Origin: the human T2T-CHM13v2.0 reference genome, Homo sapiens
Reading direction: 5' to 3' (one strand)
NCBI RefSeq assembly: GCF_009914755.1
Contig: NC_060944.1
DNA length: 64,000 nt
Shown: piece by piece, positions 1 to 12,549 of the stretch
How the letters are laid out: each line of letters opens with the position of its first letter
How positions within the stretch are numbered: position 1 is the first letter of the stretch
Position numbers and translations under genes: made by a program
The notes under the pieces: generated by a model
Database searches by the model: none
What the model saw: the letters and a program-made list of their open reading frames with translations, nothing else
What the model was told of the DNA's origin: nothing

Positions 1-459
1 AATTTAAAAATAAAACCTCTAAAAAAATATGGAATTATGTAAAGATACCAAACTTACAACTTATGGGCATTCCTGAAAGAGGAGAAAGAATAAGTAACTT
101 GGAAAACATATTTGAGGATAGTCCATGAAAATTTCCCCAATCTCCCTAGAGAGGCTGACATGCAAATTCAAGAAATGCAAATAACCCCTGTGAGATAACT
201 ACAAGATAACTATCCCCAAGACACATAGTCATAAGATTCTCCAAGGTCAACGTGAAAGAAAAAAATCTTAAGGGCAGCTAGAGAAAAGCCTGAGGTCACT
301 TATGAAGGGAAGCTCATCAGACTAACAGCAGACTTCTCAGCAGAAACCTTACAAACCAAGCAAGATTAGGGGCCTATTTTTAGCATCCTTAAAGAAAAGA
401 AATTTCAGTGAAGAATTCCATATCCTGCAAAACTAAGCTTCATAAAAGAAGGAGAAATA
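1..459 (+). mobile_element. Old L1 ORF1 fragment (degenerate)
   Basis: ORF1-like segments (atatggaattatgtaaaga, catcagactaacagcagacttctcagcagaaacctt, aaactaagcttcataaaagaaggagaaata) parallel to ORF1 of the full-length L1 at 49750-50190. Confidence 0.85.
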
Positions 460-633
460 GGCTGGGCATGGTGGCTCACACCTGTAATACCAGCATTTTG
501 GGAGGCTCAGGCAGGAGGATTGCTTGAGCTCAAGAGTTTGAGACCAGCCTGGGCAACATGGCAAAACCCTGTCTCTTCTAAAAATACAAAAATTACCTGG
601 GCAAGACTCCATCACAAACAAACTAACAAACCA
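460..633 (+). mobile_element. Internally deleted Alu (left arm joined to Alu 3' end)
   Basis: ggctgggcatggtggctcacacctgtaat...aaaatacaaaaattacctgggc followed directly by aagactccatcacaaacaaa. Confidence 0.8.
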
Positions 634-766
634 AAACTATCAGGTACTATGCTCACTACCTGGGTGACAAAATCATTTTTACACCAAACCCAGTGACAAG
701 CAATTTACCCATGTAACAAACCTGCATGTGTATCCCCTGAACCTAAAATAAAAGTTAAAAAAAAAA
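634..766 (+). mobile_element. L1 3' terminus (L1PA15/16-L1PB-like)
   Basis: ggtactatgctcactacctgggtgac...acccatgtaacaaacctgca...aaaataaaagttaaaaaaaaaa, similar to the 3' end at 27935-28060. Confidence 0.8.
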
Positions 767-1399
767 GAACTTTCATCAACATTTCTTGCAGTGAAGGTAT
801 GTTAGTGATGAACATTCTCTGCTTTTATTGCCTGAAAATATCTTTATTTTGTATTCATATTTGACATATATTCTCACTGGGCATAAAAATTCTAAATTAC
901 AAGTTTTTCCCCTTTTTTGTATTAAAAATTTCATTCCAATATCTTTCATATTGCCTTATTTGTAATGATGCCTTCTATCCTTCTTATCTTTGTTCCATTT
1001 ATAAGAAGTGTTCCCCAACCCCAGACTGATTAAAACCATTTTTTTAATTAAAAAAGCAAAAGAAAGAAACATTTTTATCTGAAGCTGTCTCAGACTCAGA
1101 CACCACCCAATCTTCAGATTTCAAATAGCTTATACTCAAACATTTGGTAATATCAGCCCCTTAATGGTCTTCCTGGAGGGCAGATGCATTCTAGAGATGA
1201 GAACACGATCATGATTACGAATGCTACCACCACTACGAACGCACAAAAGTCACTGGTGTGATCCTTTCTCAGAACACTGTGGTAACTTCTGGACATTCTC
1301 TGCTGTTATCATTGCTTCTTCCTTCTGGGTTTTTTTCCCCCTTATATGGGCAGATAATTTTCTCCATTGGAATGAAAAAGTCTTGCTTCATGCTCTTTA

Positions 1400-1620
1400 A
1401 CTGTGTGACCTTGGGCGTATTACTTTACTTTGGGGCAAACCATTTTCCTTCTTGAGGACCAAATGTGCTCTTTTATAAAACGAGCAGTTAGAATTAGATT
1501 GTCTCTCTGGACACGGCTTATGTTGACAACCTGGATCACATTAGAGGATCACACTGAGACCTTTATGTCGGCCTCAGTTCCTCCATCTGTAAAGTAGAGG
1601 TTGGGCTTAGATTATAGATG
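1400..1620 (+). mobile_element. MIR fragments
   Basis: MIR core motifs tgtgtgaccttgggc and gcctcagttcctccatctgtaaa. Confidence 0.55.
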
Positions 1621-2004
1621 ATAAAGACACCAACTTTCCTGGAAAGGATTCTGGAAAGGATTCTGAACTTAGGCTCAGCCTCAGTAAGAAGGAGTTCTGT
1701 GATTAAACAGGGATGCCCACACATCAGCAACAGAAATGGGCAGGTCAACCATGTATGCTGTGCCTCAGTGAAGATTTTATGCTATGCTGTGCATTTGATA
1801 TCCATTCTCTATATTTGATATCCAATCTAAGATTATCTAGAAGGTCCTTTCCAAGACACTGATGAGATACATCTGTATAAATATATAACTCAGGATGAAA
1901 GCAACTTTTAACATTTAGCGTGTGCCTCTGCCTCTGATCTGATTACAGCCCACAGAGAAATATAAACAATACACAATACAGGCTAATGAAGAAGGGTGAT
2001 AAGA

Positions 2005-2302
2005 TTTTTTTTTTTTTTTGAGACGGAATTTCACTCTTGTCACCCAGGCTGGAGTGCAATGGTGCAATCTTGGCTCACTGCAACCTTCGCCTCCCGGTTC
2101 AAGCGATTCTCCTGCCTCAGCCTCCTGAGTAGATGGGATTGGAGGTGCCCACCACCACGCCCGGCTAATTTTTGTATTTTTTAGTAGAGACAGGGTTTCA
2201 CCATGTTGTCCACGCTGGTCTCGAACTCCTGACCTCAGGTGATCCGCCAGCCTCAGCCTCCCAAAGTGCTAGGATTACAGGTGTGAGCCACTGCAACCGG
2301 CC
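2005..2302 (-). mobile_element. AluS element with TSD
   Basis: Full antisense Alu with poly(T); TSD aagggtgataaga at 1992-2004 and 2303-2315. Confidence 0.95.
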
Positions 2303-3110
2303 AAGGGTGATAAGATTTTAAAAATTTATTTAAAATACAGAAATTTCAAAAAGAGAGAAGTGCAGTGATAGCAAAATTGATGCAAACTGTGCAAGCATGA
2401 AATCTATTTTATAGCTGAATCTACTTTTCTTGGTCCCAAGATTCTATTTCCATTGGTTTTCAAATAGTTAATTCTATTGTTTTTTCAGGGAGATTACTAA
2501 AATCACTAATAATTATTTTCCTACTGACACAAAATCTAAAAAGCACCATATAGACCTTCTCTCTCCATCTCCCCTTATCCTTATGTCACCTTACCCTACC
2601 CCAATACTCCAATGGCAGAGTATCTACCCATGGCAGAGTAGAGAATATGTACACTAACAAAACCAGATGCACAGAGGTGGGGTATCCATCTCTGACTTGG
2701 CTGAGCTAGTCTAAGGAAGGAAGGCTCTGTGGCCATTGTCCTTGGAAGTCATTCTCACAGGTTGGTGGTATTCTCAAGTAGGTGGTGCTTGAGTGGCCCA
2801 AGAGCACCCACATGCTGCTATGCATTTTTCTGACAACCTCTTTATGATCTCTGACTTTGGCAGATCATCTTGCATCTCTCAATTGGAGAGTCACTTTTCT
2901 TATCTCCACAGAAAATTCTTAATCAAGCTCCTGGTTTTCCTTTATAGCTTCTACTTTTTAAACTCACTTCTCCAACTTCACCGCTACATCTCTGACAGAT
3001 GAGAACATTAGAGATTCCCTGTTTTTCAAAAACAAAACAAAACTCAGCAAAACTATAAATATACTAAGGGTAAGTCTGTATTATCTCCTGCCAAAATACA
3101 CCACCCTGCA

Positions 3111-4735
3111 TTTTTTTAAATTTTTATCTTTTGTAGGTACATAGTAGGTGTCTATATTTGTGGGGTACATGAGATGTTTTGATACAAGCATGCAATGCAT
3201 AATAACCACATCATGGAAAATGGGGTATCCATCCCCTCAAGCATTTATCCTTTGTGTTACAAATTATCTAATTATACTTTATTATTTTAAAATGTACAAT
3301 TAAATTATTTTTGACTATAGTCACCTCGTTATGCTATTAAATACCAGGTCTTATTCATTCTTTCTAACTATTTTTTGTACCCAGTAACCATCCTCACCTT
3401 CCCACACACGCCCACCACCTTTCCCAGCCTCTGATAACCATCCTTCTACTCTCTATCTCCCTTGAATTCAGTAGTTTTGATTTTTAGATTTCACAAATAA
3501 GTGAGAACATGCAATATTTGTCTTTATGTTCCTGGCTTATTTCACTTAGCATAATGGCCTCCAGTTCCATCCATGTTATTGCAAATGACAGCATCTCTTT
3601 CTTTTTTATGGCTGAATAATACTCCACTGTGTATAAGTTCCACATTTTCTTTATCCACTCATTTGTTGATTGACACTTACATTGCTTCTAAATCTTGGCT
3701 ATTGTGAATAGTGCTGCAACAAGCACAGGTGTGCAGATATCTATTCAATATTCTTATTTCCTTTTGGAGGGGAGTGTGTACCTAGCAGTGGGATTGCTGG
3801 ATTGTATGGTAACTCTATTTTCAGTTTTTTTAGGAACCTCCAAACTGTTCTCCATAGTGGTTGTACTATCTTACGTTCACACCAGTAGCATACAAGGGTT
3901 TCCCTTTCTCCAAATCCTTGCCAGCATTTGCTATTGCCTGTCTTTTGGATAAAAGCCATTTTAACTGGAGTGAGATGATATTCCATTGTAGCTTGATTTT
4001 CATTTCTCTGATGATCAGTGATTTTGAGCACCTTTTCATCTGCCTGTTTGCCATTTGTATGTCTTCTTTTGAGAATATCTATTCAGATACTTTGCCCATT
4101 TTTAAGTTGGATCATTAGATTTTTTTCCTATAGAATTGTTTGAGCTCTTTATATTTCCTGTTATTAATCCCTTGTCAGAAGGGTCGTTTGCAAATATTTT
4201 CTCCCATTCTGTGGGTTGTCTTTTCACTTTGTTGATTGTGTGCTTTGCTGTGCAGAAGCTTTTTAACTTGATGTGATCCCATTTGTCCATTTTTGCTTCG
4301 ATTGCCTTTGTTTGTGGGTTGCTACTCAAGAAATTTTTGTCCAAACATCCTGGAGAGATTCCCCAGTTTCTTATAGTAGTTTCATAGTTTGAGATCTTAG
4401 CTTTAAGTCTTTAATCCATTTGACTTAATGTTTTGTATATGGTGAAAGACAGGGGTCTAGTTTCATTATTCTGCATATGGATATCCAGTTTTCCCAGCAC
4501 CATTTTTTAAAGAGACTGTTTTTCCCCCAAAGTATGTTCTTGGCAACTTTGTCAAAAATGAGTTTACTGTAGATGTGTGGACTTGTTTCTGTGTTCTCTA
4601 TTCTTTTCCATTGCTCTATGTGTCTGTTTTTATACTAGTACCATGCTGTTTTGGTTACTATAGCTTTGTAGTATAATTTGAAGTGAGGTAATGTGATTCC
4701 TCTAGTTTTGTTCTTTTTGCTTAGGATGGCTTTGG
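3111..4735 (-). mobile_element. 5'-truncated L1 (L1MA-like)
   Basis: Antisense ORF2 C-terminal peptides (3741-4031, 4102-4344) and L1 3'UTR; TSD cca[c/t]cctgcattttt at 3101 and 4736. Confidence 0.9.
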
Positions 4736-4752
4736 CCATCCTGCATTTTTAA

Positions 4753-5238
4753 CCCTTTTCCCATTTTCACCCAGAATACTCGCTGGTGGCACTTGCAGCT
4801 GCAGGGTTTACCCTGAGATAACTTTGCCACAAAATATCTCGCCTTTATTATTATTTTCACATCGTTCTAATATATCGACTTTGAAAACACAAATCATCAT
4901 TCTATTTATAGCATCTTGTTGTTAGCAGTGGTATTTCCATTTACAAAATATAGAAATTCTTGATCGCTGAAAATGTCAAATTCTAGAAAGCATAGCATTC
5001 CCATGTTAACATTGTTCTCAAACAGTTTTGGGCCAAAGAGTCATTTAATGAATCCGGTTTTTTCCAAAATAGATGATTCTGATTATTCAGATGATTCTGA
5101 TGTTAGTTCTGTTTAAAAATAATTCCAAGAACAGTTTGTATATTTTATTTTCACACTGAACATCAGTCAGCCTCCAGAGCATGTTAATGTAAAATTAAAT
5201 GAACATGGGCAGTGAGCTGCAGTTTTTTTTCTAAACAG
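4753..5238 (+). mobile_element. MER75 piggyBac-derived MITE, right end damaged
   Basis: TTAA then cccttttcccattttcacccagaatactcgctggtggcacttgcagctgcag...gagctgcagtttttttttctaaac, matching the recalled MER75 consensus; terminal GGGAAAAGGG/TTAA absent. Confidence 0.85.
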
Positions 5239-5685
5239 TGCAGCTGTTTAGAAAATTTTTTTAAAATTTTCCTGATTTCCTTGGTATCTAGTGGTATTAA
5301 ACATATGTGGGAGAAATACAGCTCAGCAAACTCTTCCAGGAGATAAAATGCTGATCACTCCTACTGGGCAATTTCACAAATGTCTCCTATATTTTTCTCC
5401 TTTGGTAGTGGGGATGGGGGGCATAATGTTACATTGGGCCTCTCTCCTCTCTCTCTTTCTCTCTCCCTCTCCTTTTAAAATGTTTCCTCTCTCTCAATAT
5501 TTCATTTCTTATTTGTATTTCTGAATGAGGGAAAAGAGTTGATGGGACAGCGGAACGGGAAAAAGAAGAGCACCAATAAAACCTGTTTTCCTGTTTTCAC
5601 TATTTTCATTCCAAATTCCTTCTGTCTCATAATTGATGGAATCTTATGAACTTATTAGTTAAAAAGTGTCTTTCTTGTTTCACAG

Positions 5686-5836
5686 GAATTCATATCGGGG
5701 TGATCACTCAGAAGAAAAGGTGAATACCGGATGTTGTAAGCTATTGAACTGCCACAAGTGATATCTTTACACACCATTCTGCTGTCATTGGGTATGTACA
5801 AAGTGCTGCATACAGACAGAGGAGAAGGACAATTGA
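5686..5836 (+). pseudogene. Putative decayed beta-defensin exon 2
   Basis: Acceptor tctttcttgtttcacag|G; frame from 5729 reads GCCKLLNCHK*YLYTPFCCHWVCTKCCIQTEEKDN* with beta-defensin-like C-x4-C-x9/10-C-x6/7-CC spacing; internal stop, frameshift and loss of C1. Confidence 0.5.
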
Positions 5837-6141
5837 GCCCATCTAAAGTTAACAAAAACTTCCTCTTGGGGCTGTTTCTTTCCATCAGACCTTACAGTTC
5901 TACGGGATAATAGCTTATCTCATAAGGCCTCAGCTTTCTTTAATAATTTCTAGAAGCAGACGTTATTGTGTCATGCACACTCAGTGTTGCAAATTAATGG
6001 TCTGGTGATCTGGGTGGCATGGCATTTTCCCCTTCTCTGGTTCATCACCCATGATAGACCAGTAAAGGTGACCACTTAAATTCCTTGCTGTGCAGTGTTC
6101 TGTATTCCTCAGGACACAGAGCTTCCTCTCTCCCAGGAGCC

Positions 6142-6199
6142 ATGAATATCCTGATGCTGACCTTCATTATCTGTGGGTTGCTAACTCGGGTGACCAAAG
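6142..6199 (+). CDS. DEFB125: Beta-defensin 125 exon 1 (signal peptide MNILMLTFIICGLLTRVTK + G)
   Basis: gccATG context, hydrophobic 19-aa signal peptide, 58 nt, phase-1 donor AAG|gtaatg at 6200. Confidence 0.97.
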
Positions 6200-7294
6200 G
6201 TAATGGAACCCTATAAAGCAGAGATGATGACTAGGATGAGTTGTTGCCCTTGGGCTCCCCTGGTATCATGATGGGAAGAGAGGGAATCTGCAGGAAAAAT
6301 CTGGGCCAACAAAGAGCAGCAGAATGCTCTTATTTTGGCAGCTCCATGCCCCTAGTCTCTGAGAATCTTTCTGTTAGGGGCATCTAGCAAGCTGGGATGT
6401 CCTCTGAGGCATTTCTCCAAAGACAAGAATTTCCTTAATGCTCTGAGCCACCCTATCTGTCTCTCTACATAACTATCCAATGTTAGTTCAGCCTCACTTC
6501 ACTTCCATTTCGATTATTCTGTTGTATCTATTTCATTGTTGTGTCCTATTAGTTCTCCTACCATCTTGAATTCTTCTTTGCCCGGAGGGTACCTTCAGAG
6601 GGAGGCCCTCACTTTCATGTTCTTAGATATGGTGAACAAGTCCATTGACAGTTTGTAGATTCTGTAGCACTATCATATGGAAGAGACAATATATATGTTT
6701 GGGGTAGAAGTGGAAATAAGTGGAGTGAAGACAGGATAGACAGACTAGTGACCAATGGGGAGCTTCTAATTTTAGATGAATAGGAACAGTCTGTTTCCAC
6801 TATTTAATAATGCTACTTTTGAAAATTGTTAACTTTTTATTAAAAAATAATACTTGCAATTGACTTATGTATCAAGCAATCGATAGATTTATAGGGTTTA
6901 AGGAAAAGAAAAATGTTTGTCTGTCCAAGAATACCAGTTCTTCAGTCTTCCCCTTCAGAATCAATCAATGTTACCAATTTCTTATATATCCTAGCAAATA
7001 CAAATATATTTATATTTGCATGTGTATACCTTTTAGATTTTTAAAAAATGCAATTGCAAATGCACCATGTGAATTGTTCTGCAATGTACTAGCAATATAT
7101 TAGAGACATCTTATCCATACATAAACCTAGTTCATTATTTTTAATCGATAAGTAAAACTTTGAGGAGGAGCAGATGAATTGCCTCACATTAATTACTCCG
7201 CTACTGATGAAAAATAGGTCTTTAATTATCAAAAACAATTCAGCAAGAAAAATTTGTAAACAAATGTATGTCTTTCATTTATGACTGGACACGT

Positions 7295-7296
<2 letters not shown>

Positions 7297-7329
<33 letters not shown>
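7297..7329. repeat. (AC)n microsatellite
   Basis: About 16 AC units. Confidence 0.95.
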
Positions 7330-7331
<2 letters not shown>

Positions 7332-8759
7332 CAAACCACCTACCAGAAAAGCTGAACTATTCTTCTCTCCTATCACCAGTTGCAAGAGTGTCAGCTTCCC
7401 ACACCCTCATCAGTCCTTTTTGTTTTTTCTACTACATTCAGTTTTCTACTACATTCAGTTTTACAGTCTAATATGTGAAAATGATGTCCTGATGTTTGAA
7501 TTCATGACACTTTAGTTATAAATGAGTTTGAACATCCAGTCCATTAGATTTCTAAACTTTCTTAATTATCTTTATATACTAAGAAATTTGGCTTTTGTTA
7601 AATTTGGAGGTGTTATATGTTGCCTAGAAAGATGCTATTCATGTCTATTAAATGGTTATAACTGTGCCTATGATCTGTTATGTCTTGATTCACATGTTGA
7701 TGTAATGTGAGTTACAGAATTAATATCTACATTCATTTCTGATTATAAACTGCTGTATTTGTTGAAAATTTGGAAATTTTGAAATTGTAAAGAAGTAAAA
7801 AAATTGTAAAGAAGTTAAAAGAGACAAAATATTTTTGATCTATTGTTCTTCCTCAGTTTTCTTATTTGAATAAAAATGTATAGCATACTTATAAATTTTC
7901 TATTATACTATTAGTATTTTCCCATTTACTATTTTCAAAAACTGTATTTCCAATGACTGTATAAATTTTATAGAATGGATACTGTTTAAATTACTTAGCC
8001 AAATTGTTTTTGCATAAATAAGTGCATTTACATTTTATAGACAAGGATGGCTAGTATAACCTTTCTTATACATAAATCATTCAGCATAAAATTCCTGGAG
8101 ATGTACTTTTTTCTGTCTGCTTCATGTGTTATCAATTTTTGAATACTTGCCAAGTCCTAAAAATGAAATATTATATATAAATATTTAATTTTTATTTATG
8201 TCTGTGAGTAATGGGGAAGTCGAACTTCAAATACATGCTTAATGTATATTTAACTTTTCTACAAATTGTCTATGTCTCTCTTTCTCTTTTATTTTGGAGA
8301 GGTAGTTTTCATTTCTTTTGATTTAGAGATTTTCATTTTTGTGTTCTCTTATAGGTTTTGTTTTGAAATTTAGCTATTTAGTCTCTCTGGGCTTTATATT
8401 ATGTGTTTTCAAGTGAGATAGCACCTGATGGCTTGTGAAGCAACTTTTTACCAAGCCAAGCTATCAGTGGACTGGTATCCATAGATATATTTTAAGTTGA
8501 TGCTAGCTGATTATATATCTGGTATGTTTTAGAAAGAACTCCACACATGGGATAATGTTTTGGCTAGATGGCTCCCCTACTTAGAAACATACAATTGCTA
8601 GTCATATTTCTAATTTTAGGATTTCGAGATACTGGTGATGAAGATCACATGTCCTAACAACATAATAGTTCCAGACTGAAGTTCTTTGAAAAAAATGACT
8701 GTTGTCACTTTAGAAAAAAAAAATTATGAATTATTCCCAATTGCCATCATTCTACTGCT

Positions 8760-10050
8760 AAAACCAAATTCTTGGAATTATCTATGATTTTTCTATATCC
8801 TATGACACTCATATCTATCAGGAAGTCTATTACATCTGCCTGCAAATTATATCCAGAATGCAATTATTCTCGCCACCTCCATTGCTGCCACTCTGATTCT
8901 AGTCACCATCATCTCTCACCTGTGTTATTGCCATAGCTTCCTCATGAGATCTGTCCTTCTGCTCTTCCCTGCCACCATCTTGTGAAGACACATAGTGCAT
9001 GATCCGCTTACACTGGAAGTCAGATCATGTACTTTTGCTCAAAACTCTGCTATGGCCCCCTCTATACTCAGAGCGGTAACAAGAGTCCATACAGTGGCTC
9101 ACCTGGCCCTGCAGGATCTGGCCCTTATGACCTCTCTCACCTCATCTCCTACTATTATAGTCCTTGTTCACTCCACTACAGCCACACAAGCCCCAGTGCT
9201 CTTCCCCAAACATATCAGACTTACTCAACCCATAGAGCTTTGTTTGTTTCCTCTGCCTAGAATGTACTTGCCTCAGATACTGGTGTGACTAATTCCTTTA
9301 CCTCCTTCAAGCTGTTTAATCATCACCTTGTTACACAGGCTTGTGCAACTCCTGTTTATGAATCTTCTATTACCCTTAAATCTATTCTCCCTTCTTTCTG
9401 CAAACCATTTGTCACCTTTTCATCTACAAAATAATGTACTTTTTTATTAAGGTAAAATATACATTTAAAAATTACCATCCTTACCATGTTTTTACCATAT
9501 TTTTATGTATACCTGATGGCTGTTTGTATGTCTTCTGTTGAGAAATGTCTATTCAAATCTTTTGCCTGTTTTAAAATCAGATTATTTGTTTTTGTTTGCT
9601 ATGGAGTTTTTTGAGCTCCTTATATTAATATACTTTTTGTTGTTAATTCCTCGTCAGATGGATAGCTTGCAAATATTTTCTCCTACTCTGTGGGCTACAT
9701 CTTCACTTTGTTGATTATTTCCTTTGCTGTGCACAAGCTTTTTAGTTTGATGTAATCCTAATTGCCTATTTTTGCTTTGGTTGCCCGTGCTTTTGAGGTC
9801 TTACCCAAGAAATCTTTGCCAAGACCAACGTCCTGAAGTGTTTCCCTAATGTTTTTTTCAGGTAGTTCCATAGTTTCAGGTCTTAGATTTAAGTCTGTAA
9901 ACCATACAGTCTAGCAGGGAGTGCATTTACTTTTTATTATCTGTCTCCCTCTGCTAGAAAGTCAGCTCCATGTGATTTTTGTCTGTTTAGTTCACAGATG
10001 TACCTCAAGGGCCCAGGATAGTGCCTGTGCCATAGTAGGGGCCCAAAACT
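8760..10050 (+). mobile_element. L2 3' region interrupted by an antisense L1 fragment (~9450-9900)
   Basis: L2 motifs (caccatcatctctcacctg; tctccctctgctagaaagtcagctccatg; gtgcctgtgccatagtagg); L1 ORF2 antisense fragment between tacttttttatta repeats. Confidence 0.7.
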
Positions 10051-10815
10051 TTGATGACTGTGTGACTATAGCCTAATTTAAGAATGGAGGGGATAATTTA
10101 AAAGCAGTAGGAAGGAATGTAAGTGAGAAACAATTTTGAAGAATAATTGACAGAACAAGGCGATTCAAAGACAAAGGAGAAGAAGAGAGCCAAGATGACA
10201 TATTTCAAGTATGGATAATGCTGGAGGAAAAAAATTAAGATATAAATCTTTGTAGATGTGAGGAACGAAGAAGCAAGGTTAGAGTCTGTCTTGCACAAAA
10301 GAAGTGGAAGGTCTAGACTTGAAACTTATAGAAAATTCCACGAAGTACAAAGTAAAATCGAGCCAGTAAAATAACAAAGATAGAATAAATGACTCTAGAG
10401 GAGTGAAGGTAGAATAAATAATTGGTGAAGCTGGACTAGAGCCAACATTTCCCAGAGGATAAAATATAAACCAAATTATTGTGAGCCTAATATATACATA
10501 CATACATACATCTATATATGTTTTATATATATTATCACATTAAGTTCAAATAAGGTTGTTTAGAAAATTACTTGCTCTTCTGCACATATACCAGGCTTCC
10601 TCCTCCATAGAGCCTTATCTCTAGCTGCTTCCTCTGCCTAGAATACACTTATCTAGGTACTCCTTGGGCAATTGTCTTGAGAAAGATGATCATGCCGTTT
10701 ACTGCTTGATAAATGAACATACAATGCAGCACACTAGTTTCCCTTTAGATTTATATCCTCACCCCTCAAATGAGTAGTCACACTGCTTGGAAATCCTACT
10801 GCATTTCTCTTGTAA

Positions 10816-11124
<309 letters not shown>

Positions 11125-11403
11125 ATCTTCCCTCTTTTTTAGACAACTATTTTGTCCTGACCTTTATTTGTCTTTTATTTTCCTGCTCCTCTCCTCTACA
11201 TGGCTCTCCCCCTCAGTTTATCCCATGCCCCATTTATTTAAACAATTCAAATAGGAAGTTTTCACTCATTTCCTCTGTCCCCTTTGCCATAAATGGAGAA
11301 ACGTGTCTTCTCCATCTAAAGATCAGTCTGCTCTGTGTGAATTTGTGACTATGCCCTTCTGTCATCTCATCACCCTATTCTATATTAATCTCTCCTTTTC
11401 TGC

Positions 11404-11700
<297 letters not shown>

Positions 11701-12549
11701 TGCTTGTCTCTTTTCTCATTGCTTGCAAGCACCATTTGGTATTTCTCGTTCTTCAAAACAAACCTGAAAGCTTTCCCTTAACCTTACATTGCTCTCTAAC
11801 AAGTTATTTATTTCTCTGCTTTTCTTTGGATCTAAACTTCTTAAGAGTTTCATCTACAGGTCCTGCATTCACTTCTCTCTCATTCACATTTTGACCAACT
11901 GCAATTTGGTTTCTTTTTTCATACCACTCGGAAGCTGCTCTCCTCAGTATGAAGTTACCTTCATACTACTAAAAGCATGGACATTTTCCTGCCTTCATCA
12001 TTTTTTTTTAACCTCTCAGCAGTATTTGACTACAAAATGACCACTCTGTCCTTTAAGAAACAGTCTCCTCTCCTGCTTAATGTAGTCACATCTGATACAA
12101 CTTTCCCCATAACCTTTTATGCATTTTCTGTTTTCATGCATATCAGCCCAACTTGCAATTGTCAGTATCTCCAGTCTTTCAACAACTGCTTGTGAAATAC
12201 CCCTGTACAGGGCAATCCAGAAATGCCAGAAAATTATCAGCTGTCTCTGGATCATCTGTCAACTATGGGGGAAGCTGGATAAATAGTCCAGGTCCTTTGA
12301 GCCTCATGTAGAATAACTTTGAGGCTTGGTAATATTTTTTTTTTCCTGTGGTAATTCCCTTATTTGCAGTTCAAGGCTATTATGGGAAGAAAACATAAAT
12401 GGATGTTAGTTCTTCAAGGTTTTTACTGTAACTGTGCACCCTTTCATTCTTCAAGGTTTTTCTGTAACACTGCACCTTCAGGACCTGATGCCCAATTAAA
12501 CATTTTTTTAAGTTTTTTGGTTTTTTTTTTAATAAAAACTAAATGCTAT

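Noticed and set aside
2922-2980. IKLLVFLYSFYFLNSLL as a lost signal-peptide exon for the fossil defensin
   Set aside because: No ATG (ATC instead) and no GT donor at the expected +58 position; T-rich DNA readily gives hydrophobic peptides
7425-7458. Short tandem duplications (also ~1640, ~12411-12478, ~20667, 39873) as a CRISPR-like or functional array
   Set aside because: Adjacent slippage duplications without spacers, in eukaryotic DNA
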